Origin: Eledone cirrhosa
Lineage: Eukaryota
Direction of reading: 5' to 3'
Assembly: GCA_964016885.1 (NCBI GenBank)
Contig: OZ024759.1
Span: forward strand, 28,892,001 to 28,956,000
Length of the DNA stretch: 64,000 nt
Position 1 is the stretch's first letter; the number at the start of each line of letters is the position of its first letter. This document shows positions 1 to 13,873 of the stretch, piece by piece. The position numbers and the translations under genes are program-made. The notes under the pieces were generated by a model that was not told the DNA's origin, searched no databases, and saw nothing but the letters and a program-made list of their open reading frames with translations.

Positions 1-10
1 TGAACCCGAG

Positions 11-49
<39 letters not shown>

Positions 50-56
50 TATATAC

Positions 57-91
<35 letters not shown>

Positions 92-124
92 CATACATAT
101 ATATATACACATATATATATATAT

Positions 125-179
<55 letters not shown>

Positions 180-342
180 ATACATTAACAGAGAAAGCTT
201 TAAGCTATACTCTGACTGGCTTCCATCTCACTCAACAAACTTTAGGATATACCTTAGTATAATCCCAATTATATGTTTGGATTGTGCTAACTATATGTAT
301 TTTGTGGAAAGCCAGCTGTATTATTTTATATGAGATACAATT

Positions 343-399
<57 letters not shown>

Positions 400-790
400 A
401 AGATTCATTCCGAAGAAGACACTATGATCGAACCCATATATTATGTCTTATAGTATACAGTCAATATATCGATATCATCAACCCTCCCACTCTCTCTACC
501 CTAAAAATGTTCCTGCTAGACATCTACGCAGTTTAAAATGTGATTTCTTGAAGGAAAGATGGCGGCGAAAAGGAACAAAATAAGAAACAACTTGATTTGG
601 TTTGGTTTGGTTTGGTTTGGTTTGGTTTGGTTTGGTTTAGTTTGGTTTGGTTTAGTTTGGTCTCTCTCTCTCTCACTCTCTCATCCATCTCTCTCTCTCT
701 CTCTCTCATCCATCTCTCTCTCTCTCTGCAATCTTGTCACCAATCATGTAGATAGTCAATAGGTCACATTGTAACTGTACACTATATATA

Positions 791-822
<32 letters not shown>

Positions 823-866
823 TAGATAGATATAGATATAGATATATATGCATACATATACAAATA

Positions 867-952
<86 letters not shown>

Positions 953-973
953 TACATATATACACATACATCC

Positions 974-1030
<57 letters not shown>

Positions 1031-1067
1031 TACACACAAATATACACAGATATACATACACAAATAA

Positions 1068-1098
<31 letters not shown>

Positions 1099-1363
1099 CA
1101 CATAATGAACAAACAAACACATAAATACAGACAAACACACATCATACACGCCGAAGCCAGTAAGGTGCCTATATGTGTGAGAACAGGCTATATAATGTGA
1201 ATTGGGATGTTAAGCGTTTACACATGTTTCAGGCAAGTGTATATATTTCAACGTATCAGCCACAATTCACTTGACTCCCTAGCGATTACAGAACATATTC
1301 TACACCAACTCCCCCCCCCCCCCCCCCCACAGCCCTATATATATATGTGTGTGTGTGTTTATG

Positions 1364-1432
<69 letters not shown>

Positions 1433-1443
1433 TATATATATAT

Positions 1444-1491
<48 letters not shown>

Positions 1492-1636
1492 GTATATATA
1501 TATATATACATATAAATATAAATATATACACTCACATACATTATGTATATATATATATATATATACGTGCACACACAAACGTAAGTAAATAAACAAGTTC
1601 TAAGAAGGCATATATATATATATATATATATGTTCT

Positions 1637-1698
<62 letters not shown>

Positions 1699-1945
1699 AA
1701 TCAGGAAAGAAGAGTGACACGGTTTGCTATACAAAAAAGGTTTTTAATCTCATTGCTGACAATTGTTTCTCTGAACTGGTAGGTCTAGAGATCGCTACCC
1801 GCTTGTTTTCACGTCATTCGATCACCAATACATAGTTGACTCAAACTTAGCCAAGCGTATATATATATACACACGAATATATATATATATACACACAAAT
1901 ATATATATATATACACACAAATATATATATATATATATACACACA

Positions 1946-2020
<75 letters not shown>

Positions 2021-2064
2021 AATATATATATATACACACAAATATATATATATATATACACACA

Positions 2065-2095
<31 letters not shown>

Positions 2096-2175
2096 CAGTT
2101 TTTTCCGTTGTGTTGTAATATAAATATTACACACAGTAGATTATCAGCTCACGTAGAGTTTGCTCGACGGTTCCA
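2096..2175 (-). mobile_element. Solo 80-bp terminal fragment of the same PLE family, in (TA)n
   Basis: Identical by eye to 34147-34226 (cagttttttccgttgtg...gctcgacggttcca), with (TA)n on both sides. Confidence 0.85.
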
Positions 2176-2248
2176 TATATATATAATATATAAGAACATA
2201 TATATATATATATATACACACACAAATATATATATATATATACACACA

Positions 2249-2291
<43 letters not shown>

Positions 2292-2310
2292 TATATATAT
2301 ATATACACAC

Positions 2311-2357
<47 letters not shown>

Positions 2358-2374
2358 AATATATATATATATAC

Positions 2375-2435
<61 letters not shown>

Positions 2436-2497
2436 AATATATATATATATATTATGAAGACACATATTCACTTTTATCAACTTTGCCCCACTCTCTG

Positions 2498-2563
<66 letters not shown>

Positions 2564-2776
2564 AAGACAACCTACATCTGCCAACCGAGACAGACTCAAC
2601 TCGATCGGAAATATGAAACGAGGATACATCTAGGTGAAGCTGCCTCCGACTGGAAACGAACGTTCGGCTCTGCTGCCTCAGGTTGCCTTAGAAAACAGCT
2701 GACGCAGCCTACCTTCACTCCAGAAGGCCTGTGTATGTGCAGGCGTCTATCTATTTGTGTGTATATATATATATAT

Positions 2777-2808
<32 letters not shown>

Positions 2809-3240
2809 CAGTTGTACGAAATCGCCATTAATACATATCAGGAGCCGACTGACGATTATTGTGATTTCTTCTGTGATTTTACCCCTCGTTCTCGTTCACA
2901 ATGTCCCCACTCCATTTATCTTTCTCTCTAAATATATATATGTATATATATTTAATTGTTTTTTCCTGTGTAGATTTGTGATATGTGATTGCAATGTTTG
3001 TTGCTTTAATTAATTAATTAATTAATTAATCTGCAAATTATTATTGATGTGTGCAATTACATTTCGTTAAATCGAAACGGACATCGAAATTAATAAAATG
3101 CTTTCAATATTTGGTTTTTACCTAAATTAAATTATATATAAATACACACATACACACATATATATGTGTGTGTGTGTGTGTGTGCGTTTTTATATGTATT
3201 GATATATATGTAAACCACCCTGTACTGTATATGAAGATAT

Positions 3241-3302
<62 letters not shown>

Positions 3303-3563
3303 GGTTGTGGTGGGGCTGATAACGTTGTTAGAGCTTTGGAAGGAAGGTTGCAGGAAGATTAAGCAGTGTGACTAGTAGGTTTTGTAGTGGCTGATCACCG
3401 CTTAATCTATCCTCGAAGAAAATTCCTCCAGGTTACAGAGTCATCTACATATATGTGTTTGTGCATAGGACACTAAATATAACCAGAAGTCAGATGGAGG
3501 TTAACAAACTACCTTACGTCTGACTTCTGTTTTTTTATTGTCTTATGCACACACACACACACT

Positions 3564-3654
<91 letters not shown>

Positions 3655-3785
3655 GTGAGGTTTCTTTTACAAAATGAAAAATAACCGAGGTGTCCTACAC
3701 GAGTGGAAGTATAAAGAAAAAGAGATGAAATCGAAAATGCAACTGGAGTCTTATTTTTTTTTTAAATATATATATTTATTTGGTT

Positions 3786-3823
3786 CCTTTACCGGTTTCG
3801 CAGTTCTTCTGCTTTTCAAAAGG
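3786..3823 (-). ncRNA. Minimal hammerhead variant with U3-A8 core (family I, element about 3648-3860)
   Basis: The minus strand reads cctt-TTGAAAA-gcag-aagaa-ctgc-GAAA-CCGG-TA-aagg. A related copy at 50243-50430 (motif 50369-50406) keeps TTGAAAA. Confidence 0.65.
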
Positions 3824-3870
3824 TGAGTTGAGATGGAGGGTCTGTGGTTTTTCTCACATATATACATATA

Positions 3871-4045
3871 GTAATAATAAATGTGAAGACTAAAATCCGA
3901 AGAGGGCTCGATAAGGATTATATTTATATATATATATAAACCCGTAGAGCAAATATTTATTATAAGAACAGATTAAAGTTTAAGTAAAGAGTCGTTAAGA
4001 GTGAAAGCAGCGATTCTCTGCTGAAACTTTAATCTGTTCTGATAA
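3871..4045. mobile_element. Fold-back terminus of family B (putative PLE tail)
   Basis: Arms agaacagattaaagttt / aaactttaatctgttct. Homologous to 14142-14306, 25483-25540 and 49751-49893. Confidence 0.7.
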
Positions 4046-4068
4046 TTTATATATATATATATATATAT

Positions 4069-4207
4069 AACGAAGGAAGTGTGGTAAGTAACCAGGTGGA
4101 CCATAACACACCAAAGTACTCGATACTGGGTAGTAGAGTGGGGATTAGGAAAAGAGTCAGGACCCCGACGGCTGAGCTCAGCCATCGGGGTCCTGACTCC
4201 TTTCCTA
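4069..4207. mobile_element. Family A TA-embedded terminus with fold-back at GAGCTC
   Basis: aacgaaggaagtgtggtaag... followed by a near-perfect hairpin at 4146-4207 centred at 4176/4177. Confidence 0.8.
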
Positions 4208-4216
4208 TATATATAT

Positions 4217-4488
4217 AGGAGGAAAAAATATAACACCACTGACGATGTTGCAGATGTGCAACGAAAGATTTATGTAAATTATGTAAACTATATATATGTG
4301 TTTGTGTCTATATTGTATCTGTATTATTGTTGACCGTCGGTCAGTCAATGGCAACATTGAGGACCGAGTAAGTTAGATCGCAGATATAAAAGACAGCGAG
4401 AAGCGAAAACCAACCAAACAGTGAGTGTGTTCTGTTATTAATTCTGGCAATATTACGCAAATATGACCCTCCCCAAGTATAACAATAT
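4217..4488 (+). mobile_element. Family K: HHR-like motif plus tail ending in (TA)n
   Basis: CTGACGA(4239)-t-gttgca/tgcaac-GAAA(4263)-gatt-TA, with a weak stem I. The tail end tgaccctccccaagtataacaat recurs inverted at about 9911-9935 and 41765-41790. Confidence 0.55.
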
Positions 4489-4821
4489 ATATATATGTAT
4501 ATATATTAATTATATATATATATATATATTAAAAAATAGCAATACATTCAAACCCTGTAAGAAGGTATTTATTCCTCAATATACACTCTACATCTAAATG
4601 TATTGAGCCTTCTCGAAATTTCTTTCCTAGACAATATATCTATGTGTATGTATGTGGAGAGGGGTACATCTATTTATTTTTTCGAAGTTAAGGTTTCCCT
4701 CCATTACTACGTTATCGCATTTCTGTTTCTCCTGATGAAAAACCGGAAAGGCGATATCTTCGTTTCAAAATGTTCCCGAAGGATCAGCGACTTAACTACT
4801 GGGACCGAGTATTAAACACAT

Positions 4822-4877
<56 letters not shown>

Positions 4878-4885
4878 ATATAAGT

Positions 4886-5048
4886 CGGCGAAATGGCTGA
4901 GTCGTTAGAACGTCAGATAAAATACTTTGGCAGTAGTCGTTCCAACTCGCTGTTCCTCCTTCAGAGTTCAAAACCCGTTGAGGTCACCTTTAATTTTCAT
5001 CCTTTCAAGATCAATAAAAAAAAGTATCAATCAAATACTGGAGTCGAG
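4886..5048 (+). mobile_element. Diverged tRNA-derived SINE (family 1)
   Basis: A-box-like tggctgagtcg, B-box gagttcaaaaccc, body ttttcatcctttcaagatcaataaa...gtatca...actgg. Confidence 0.65.
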
Positions 5049-5204
5049 TCTTCCTCTCTCTCTCTTTCTCTGGAAGAAATCGGATTTGTTCAGAGTTGGT
5101 GAATGATGGGCTGCACCAGGTTTAAAAAAGTATCCCAGAAAACGCCACCTGTCACTAGAACACCTATACGAGTCCAAGCATTATATATATATATATATAT
5201 ATAT

Positions 5205-5378
5205 AATCTTTTCCTGAGTCCTGTATTTTCATTGCTGTGGTAATGCGGCTGGACTGCCGATCGCTATATTTGATTTGCTACGCTGTCTAAACGTATTGTT
5301 ATTACTCTGGGGTACTGTTCCCATCCGAGTGCTTGGCCGCAAACTAAAGCTTCGTTAATGCTGTACTAAAATTTGTAT
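5205..5378. mobile_element. Family H TA-embedded element
   Basis: Shares gctgtctaaacgt...actct.ggg...gagtgctt...agcttcg...tgctgtactaaa with 23215-23342. More distant relatives at 55520-55807 (inverted) and 60383-60566. Confidence 0.6.
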
Positions 5379-5391
5379 ATATATATATATA

Positions 5392-6113
5392 TAATATAAG
5401 ATCAAAAGATGGTTAAAGGAGTTCAATATATTTTATTATGCGCATTTCAAAAACAAACATCATCAAACAATAATATTTGTGTTTTCATCAGATAAAACAG
5501 GAGAACATGATATGAAGGCTAAAAAAACACTTGTTGATAGTGCAGTTTTAAATCAACATATTATTGTTTGATGATGTTTTTGAAATGCGCATAATAAAAT
5601 ATATTGAACTCCTTTAACCATCTTTTGATCTTATATTATACATACTCCAGTCCCACAAACTGTAGAGTGCTTCTTATCCGATATCTGCATTGCTTTATTG
5701 TACTACAATAAAACTCACCTCCTACATATATATATATATATATATATATGTGGGAGGTGAGTTTTATTGTAGTACAATAAAGCAATGCAGATATCGGATA
5801 AGAAGCACTCTACAGTTTGTGGGACTGGAGTATACATAATATATAAGAACAAAAGATGGTTAAAAGAGTTCCATGTATTTTATTATGCGCATTTCAAAAA
5901 CAAATATCATCATGCAATAATATTTGTGTTTTCATCAGATAAAACAGGAAGAAATGTTGATTTAAAACTGCACTATCCACAAGTGTTTTTTAACCTTCAT
6001 ATCATGTCTTCCTGTTTTATCTGATGAAAACACAAATATTATTGCATGATGATATTTGTTTTTGAAATGCGCATAATAAAATACATGGAACTCTTTTAAC
6101 CATCTTTTGTTCT

Positions 6114-6116
<3 letters not shown>
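5392..6116. mobile_element. Two tail-to-tail fold-back elements of family C around a central (TA)n
   Basis: Each half (5392-5725 and 5749-6116) is an internal inverted repeat, and the two halves are inverted relative to each other. Confidence 0.85.
6015..6081 (+). ncRNA. Hammerhead ribozyme (family C); antisense copies at 5431-5497 and 5878-5944
   Basis: ttttat-CTGATGA(6021)-long stem II (caaatattat/atgatatttg)-GAAA(6064)-TGCGCA-TA-ataaaa. Confidence 0.8.
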
Positions 6117-6160
<44 letters not shown>

Positions 6161-6356
6161 ATGTCCCCAAATATGTATACATACTTTGATTACACTCTGT
6201 ATGTATGTTTGTATATATATATATATATATATATATACATTCTCTCTTCCATCCGAAGCGGGGAACTAATAAAACTAATTGTTTTTGTATTTCTGATTTC
6301 TGTGTTTGTCAATGTATAATGTGTGTGTGTGGGGGGGGGGGGTCTGTGGGGGGGGG

Positions 6357-6419
<63 letters not shown>

Positions 6420-6574
6420 GTGAACGATGTAGGCAGTTTCAGATACAAAAAGCTGTTGAAGAGGTTGGGCACACCTGCGGAAACATTGTGATCATGGCAA
6501 CTAAAATAAATATTTAAGTCTGTAAGAATGATAATTCCCCCGAAGAAATATACCCAGACCAAATGTGAAATATA

Positions 6575-7240
6575 GTCTCCCAAAGTTAGTACAACAGCTG
6601 AAATGTTGTGACTATAACGACCAAGATGAGGACACTGGTCCAATACCTCTGAAGATGGCCAGAGGGTACAACAGCTGAAATGTTGTGGCTATAACGACCA
6701 AGATGATGGCTCCAATCTAAATATATCAGTATGTATGATAATGATAATACCTCTGAAGATGACCAGAGGGTACAAGTCTAATATAAGATGAGGATATTGG
6801 TCTAATACCTCCGAAGATGACTAAAGGGGACAGCAGCTGAAATTTTATGACAATAAGAACCAAGTTAAGGACACCCTTCTATACATATTAGTATATAATA
6901 ATAATATTTCCTCAGAAGTCTCAAGCATTGTGACTATAACAACTAAGATAAGGACACTGGTCAAATACCTCTGAAGATGGCCAGAGGGGAAAACAGCTGA
7001 AAATTTGTGACTATAACAACCAAGATGAAGGCACCATTTTCAATATATCAGTATATAATGATATTTCCTCACAAGTCCCAAATATTTAACAACCAAGATA
7101 AGGACAAGAACCTGAATAAATCAGTTTATAATAATGATAAAACCTCTGAAGATGGCCAGAGGGTTGAACAGCTGAAATTTGGTGACAATAACAACCAAGA
7201 TAAGGACAGAAATCTGAATAAATCAGTTTATAACACATAA
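6575..7240 (+). repeat. Degenerate tandem array with HHR-core-like units
   Basis: The unit cctCTGAAGAtggccagagggtacaacagctGAAAtgttgtgactataac has cores at about 6649, 6753, 6811, 6971 and 7146, with variable spacers. Confidence 0.7.
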
Positions 7241-7632
7241 TGTCTCGGTTAGTTTACCACAGAGACACTAGACGTCGCTGGTTTTTAATGACATCGAATA
7301 CAGATCTCTTGAAATCCCTTTTATGTATTATTAACTCGTGTGGTGGTGGTGGTGATAGCGGCGGCAGTTGTGGTGGTGGTGATAGAGGAGGTGTTGATAG
7401 GGGGGGGGTAGCATTGTTGCTGTTGTTGTTGAGGGTGGTAATGGTGGTGGTAGTGGTGGTGGTGGTGTAGTGGTGGTGGTTATGTCTGTTATTGTTGGGG
7501 GTGAAATTAATCTTGCTTGTTTCATTACTTAAAATTATCTCTTCTTTAAGTGTTTATACATACACACATCTACGGCTGTGTGCTTATGAAGCGTGGAATA
7601 TACACAGACATACACATACACACACATACATT

Positions 7633-7723
<91 letters not shown>

Positions 7724-7760
7724 CTATACGTATATATGTATGTGTGTGTATGTACATATG

Positions 7761-7794
<34 letters not shown>

Positions 7795-7860
7795 TGTATG
7801 TATGTATGTATGTATACTATATGTAAGGCTATATATATATATATATATACACAGCTATAC

Positions 7861-7895
<35 letters not shown>

Positions 7896-8084
7896 TGTAT
7901 ACTATATGTAAGGCTATATATATATATATGTATATATATAGCCTTAAAACAAACCACATGTGTTTGATAACGTTCACTAGGGAGTCATTTCGAATTAGAC
8001 ATGTTGAAATCCCATCAAACCCCCAAATTTTCTTTTATTTTTTGGTGAAGATGGGGGGGGGTTTGCAAACAGGAGTATGGCAAG

Positions 8085-8745
8085 GTACCACCACCAACTC
8101 CTTCACAACCATCACCATCACCGTTACCAACACCGCCACTACTAAGAGCAGCAAGACCACAACAACAACAACAACAACAGCAACAAGACCACCACCACCA
8201 CAAGACCATTACAACCACCACCAACACCACCACTACAACAAGACACCACCACCAACACCACCACTACAACAAGACCACTACCACCACCAACACCACCACT
8301 ACAACAAGACACCACCACCAACACCACCACTACCACCACCAACACCACCACTACAACAAGACACCACAACAAGACCACCACCACCACCACCACTACAACA
8401 AGACACCACAACAAAACCACCACCACCACCACCACTACAACAAGACACCACAACAAGACCACTACCACCACCAACACCACCACTACCACCACCAACACCA
8501 CCACTACCACCACCAACACCACCACTACAACAAGACACCACCACTACCACCACCAACACCACCACTACAACAAGACACCACCACCAACACCACCACTACA
8601 ACAAGACACCGCCACCAACACCATCAATACAACAAGACCACCAACACCACCACTACCAACACCACCACTACTACCACTACAACAAGACACCACAACAAGA
8701 CACCACCACCAACACCACCACTACCACCACCACCACTACCACAAC
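8085..8745. repeat. CAC/CAA-rich degenerate trinucleotide minisatellite
   Basis: Recurrent caccaccactacaacaagacac units. Confidence 0.9.
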
Positions 8746-8858
8746 ACAGACGAACAGACAGGATAAAACATTCTGAGAGATAAGAAGAGATAGAAAGAAT
8801 CACCATGGTAACACAAGTATTCAACAATGCACGGCACATCCAGAGTGAAAAAGAAATT

Positions 8859-8892
<34 letters not shown>

Positions 8893-9062
8893 GTGGATTG
8901 GCAGTATCAGTAGAGCGTCGGACAACCCCTGCTTCACGGCATAGAGTTACGGCTCTTTACGTTCTCAGTTCAAATCCCGCCGAGGTTCGCTTTACCTTTC
9001 ATCCTAACGGGATCGATAAAATAAAGTACCAGTAATGCACTGAGGTTAGTTTAATCGACTTT
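8893..9062 (+). mobile_element. tRNA-derived SINE family 1
   Basis: tggcagtatcagtagagcg (A box), agttcaaatccc (B box), cctttcatcc...gataaaataaagtaccagtaatgcactg. Confidence 0.85.
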
Positions 9063-9304
9063 CCCTTCCACCTACCCACACACACACTACCACACCCTTG
9101 CCATCCCACCACCACCACCCTGGACCAATACACAGGTCCTACACCCTTTATTTTTACCTTATTTTTAATTTTGTTTTTATATTTATTTTTATTTTTCTCC
9201 TCATATTGTGTTCTTTACTTTGTAACTTCCCTCCTTAAAACCCTCCTTACTCTCTCTCTCTCTCTCTCTCTCTCTCGGAGTTCCTGTTCTTCCTCTCTCC
9301 AACC

Positions 9305-9420
9305 TTTCCCGATGAAGGACTTAAGTCCAAAACGTTGAGACCTCCTCCACTTCCACCAAGCGAGAACCTAATGTAAATGTGTACAAATTGCCTCATGTGT
9401 TTTGTTAGCTCATTTCAACT
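9305..9420 (+). mobile_element. Decayed family J HHR-bearing terminus
   Basis: ccgatgaaggacttaagtccaaaacgttgagacc, homologous to 28039-28160. Confidence 0.6.
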
Positions 9421-9444
9421 ATATATATATAAATATATATATAT

Positions 9445-9487
9445 CCGTCGAAACGGCTTGAGCTCTGCCGTCGGGGTCATACTTTTT

Positions 9488-9540
<53 letters not shown>

Positions 9541-9807
9541 CGAAGGAAGTGTGGTAAGGAACCAGCTGGACCATAACGCACCAGAGTACTCAATACTTAG
9601 GGTAGTAGAGTGGGTAATAGGAAAATGTTCAAGACCCCCGACGGCAGAGCTCGAGTCGTTTCGACGGCTATTTCTGGACTCAGAACATATAAATAAGAGG
9701 GGTAGAGCGAGGGGGAGGAATGGGTAAATAAAGAGATAGTATATATTCTTTTACGGATCCATCAGACATGCGCATATACAGTAAATACGTGTAGCATACA
9801 CACACAT

Positions 9808-9857
<50 letters not shown>

Positions 9858-10150
9858 GGGGGGGGGGGATATGTATATATATAGACATATATAAGGCTAT
9901 ATACGTATATATTGTTATACTTTGGGAGGGTCATGCAGCAAAAAACGAAATATATATATATATATATAACAGAGGAGTTGTGGTAAGGAACCAGATGGAC
10001 CATAACGCACCAGAGTACTCAATACTTAGGGTAGTAGAGTGGGTAATAGGAAAAGTATGACCCCGACGGCAGAGCTCAAGCCGTTTCGACTTTAATCCAG
10101 AAATAGCCGTCGAAACGGCTTGAGCTCTGCCGTCGAGGTCATACTTTCTC
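9445..10150. mobile_element. Cluster of three family A pieces (9445-9491, 9539-9683, 9968-10150 with fold-back)
   Basis: Repeated gtggtaaggaaccag.tggaccataacgcaccagagtactcaatac...ccccgacggcagagctcaagccgtttcgac, each bounded by (TA)n. Confidence 0.85.
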
Positions 10151-10169
10151 ATATATATATATATATATA

Positions 10170-10186
10170 TATATAAGAATAATATA

Positions 10187-10258
<72 letters not shown>

Positions 10259-10302
10259 ATAATATATTAATATTATATATATATATATATGAGAATAATA
10301 TA

Positions 10303-10337
<35 letters not shown>

Positions 10338-10390
10338 AGAATAATATATTAATATTATATATATATATATATATATATGAGAATAATATA

Positions 10391-10428
<38 letters not shown>

Positions 10429-10440
10429 TAAGAAAATATA

Positions 10441-10480
<40 letters not shown>

Positions 10481-10488
10481 ATAATATA

Positions 10489-10548
<60 letters not shown>

Positions 10549-10556
10549 ATAATATA

Positions 10557-10612
<56 letters not shown>

Positions 10613-10683
10613 ATAATATATTAATATTATATATATATATATATATATGAGAATAATATATTAATATTATATATATATATATA

Positions 10684-10726
<43 letters not shown>

Positions 10727-10795
10727 AATAATATATTAATATTATATATATATATATATGAGAATAATATATTAATATTATATATATATATATAT
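10170..10795. repeat. Compound minisatellite GAGAATAATATATTAATATT-(AT)n
   Basis: About 12 copies of the fixed core separated by variable (AT)n. Confidence 0.9.
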
Positions 10796-11179
10796 ATAGT
10801 GGATGTGTATAAACACACTCACACACAAATACATACATACGCACACACACACACATTAACGGAAAAAACATAAAAAATGAAAAACCAACAACAGAATCAT
10901 AACCACCACCACCACCACCACCACCACCACCACCATAACAACAACAATCAGAACAAGAAACCGTTAAGCTAACATTTAACGACAAAACTGTCACCTCTGT
11001 TGACTCTAAGAAGTAGAGAAGTAGCTTATATTGCTGACCCAGTTTCCGCCATCCATATTACATTACCAAAATGGCGACCCCATTAATGCACGAGTCTCAG
11101 CACACTTCCTGTCCCTTAAATACTTATCTTTCGCAACAATATGTCCGCTAAAACCGACGAAAAATTATATATATTACGA

Positions 11180-11239
<60 letters not shown>

Positions 11240-11282
11240 GGAATACTGTTGGCTTCTTGCTACAATACTTTCTATACCTTTC

Positions 11283-11342
<60 letters not shown>

Positions 11343-11406
11343 CGATGCAGCGAATATTGTTATAATTTCCGATGATAGGTTTCGGTATAGATATACATAC
11401 ACACAC

Positions 11407-11440
<34 letters not shown>

Positions 11441-11497
11441 GTGTGTTTGTGCGTGTGTATATATATGTATATATATATATACTCACACACACGCATT

Positions 11498-11573
<76 letters not shown>

Positions 11574-11716
11574 GAGGGGGTAGGGAGGTAAAATCCCGAC
11601 CGCGGCGCTAAGCAGTTTCGGCTCGTGTGTGCAGTTTGCTGAACACACACTCTACATCTCCCTATTTATTAAGTACTCCCAAGAGTAGTGATATGCTCGG
11701 TCTGAGCACCGCAGAC

Positions 11717-11787
<71 letters not shown>

Positions 11788-12124
11788 ACAGATAGATAGA
11801 TAGATATAGATACATATATATATATATGTGTGTGTGTGTGTGTACGTATATATAGAGAGAGGGGAGAGAAAAACACAGAAAGATGGGTAGAACCAATATG
11901 GCGTAGAAACACCGATTGCATTTCTCTTCATTTTGGTCAATCACCGGAAGCGGAAGGCGTCTAAATATCCTTCCTATTCCGCCATATTGCCTTTCTTTCA
12001 TTCTTTTCCTACCACATACCACACTCACTGCTTCACCCTACATCTTAACTCTCCACCTCCCTTCAATTTCCTAGCCTTTCCTTCTGTCTCTCTCTTCCTT
12101 TCTGTTGCTCTCTCTTTTCTCACC

Positions 12125-12203
<79 letters not shown>

Positions 12204-12346
12204 CTGGCGCATTTGCTATATATATTTATATATACTGTATATATACTGTATATATACTGTATATATATATTTCTTCTCCAAGCCCTTATCTCTCTCCATC
12301 TCTATCTCACCTTTGCTATATATATCAGCTTCTTTATTTATTCTAC

Positions 12347-12402
<56 letters not shown>

Positions 12403-12667
12403 ATCGCACCTCTTTATCTCGCCCTCTCTCTCGCAATCTCTTTCATTATTCCTCTCTTACTCTATCTGTCTATCTATAGGGTGGAGAGAGAGGCACTGCA
12501 CCCCAGTAAATTTACTGAAAGGTGGGTGAATGAAACGAAAATGGCCCGAGTGATTGGGCCTTGTCTGTTTATAAGCCTGTAGGTTGAGGAAGAGAGCAAA
12601 AGGAAGAAAGGAGCACTTGCATAACACGCTCCTGAAGTTGAGGTTGTTCTATCGACGGGGTATTAAA

Positions 12668-12817
12668 CAACCCATTTGTGGCGCCTCCCCCCTATTGGGG
12701 ATTTCGATTGTTGAAATTGTTTGTTTTTATATTTTTTTACACGACTGTATGTAAAATCCCCGGCATATCTTTGTATTGTCCCCTTTCTTGTTGCGCCCTT
12801 GTGGCTAATAAAGAAAT
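12668..12817 (+). mobile_element. Retroposon 3'-tail repeat ending at (TCTA)n
   Basis: ttgtattgtcccct...gcccttgtggctaataaagaaa. Inverted copies at 51660-51812 and 51882-51960; partial copy at 15061-15107. Confidence 0.65.
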
Positions 12818-12896
12818 CTATCTATCTATCTATCTATGTCATACTAAACAACCAGCCGACCGACGACCAAGCAAGCCATACACCAGCCAATATATT

Positions 12897-13175
12897 TTCT
12901 TCTTCTTCTTCTTCGCCCACTTATTCCTGAGAGGGTCGTGGGGGACAGCAGAGTCCTCAAACACTCCCTCCAGCGGGTCCTGTCAGAAGCAACCGTCTCC
13001 AACTGATCCGGCTGAATCCCCAAGCGAGACCAGCCAAGCTCATGGATGTTATCCAACCATCTTGCTCGGGGTCTACTCCTGGCTCTCCTGCTGGTTGTTT
13101 TCCCCCGTAAAATCTGTCCAGCGATTCTTTCTTTAGACATTCTAACCACATGGCCACAGTATCGGACCGAGCTGT
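12897..13175 (-). mobile_element. RTE-like LINE 3' fragment with (GAA)n tail
   Basis: Translation VRMSKERIAGQILRGKTTSRRARSRPRARWLDNI...DRTRWR is the typical RTE C-terminus. A second copy lies at 15390-15655. Confidence 0.8.
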
Positions 13176-13593
13176 GTTCTCTTAATTCGGAGAAGCAGTG
13201 GCTCTACCTGTTTGACTTTATATATATTTTATCGCTCTATTACGACAAATAAATTGCCAACTCCTTATATTGACATATTTCTCACTTATTCATCATGGCC
13301 TTTTATTTGAAATTATTTTATCTTCTTCTTCTTTCGAGGAAACATGGCAGCCATTGCTACTGCCAGAATAGAACGTAAAACACACCAAAACAGGATGTAT
13401 AATTTGGCTGCGGATATATAAGGTACACATCTACATACACATCTACATACATACATACACATACATTTATACATGCATATACTCACATATACATATATGC
13501 ATGCATACATACAGTTATGAATTTTGAATGTATGTTAATTTAATGTATGTTATATATATATATGTGTGTGTGTGTATATGTGTGTATATGTGT

Positions 13594-13628
<35 letters not shown>

Positions 13629-13748
13629 ATGTGTCTATATATCTATATATATATATACATATGTATACACACACACATATATATATATATTATATATATA
13701 TATGTATATATAAATATATATATATGTATATATATAAATAAATACATA

Positions 13749-13873
<125 letters not shown>

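Noticed and set aside
591-660. (GGTTT)n as an interstitial telomere
   Set aside because: It is a pentamer microsatellite, not TTAGGG or TTAGG.
7550-8776. 408-aa Pro/Thr/His-rich ORF resembling a mucin or extensin (also 16561-17702 and 58294-59166)
   Set aside because: These lie in CAC-type or 37-bp tandem arrays that are open in several frames; there is no signal peptide, domain or splice evidence.
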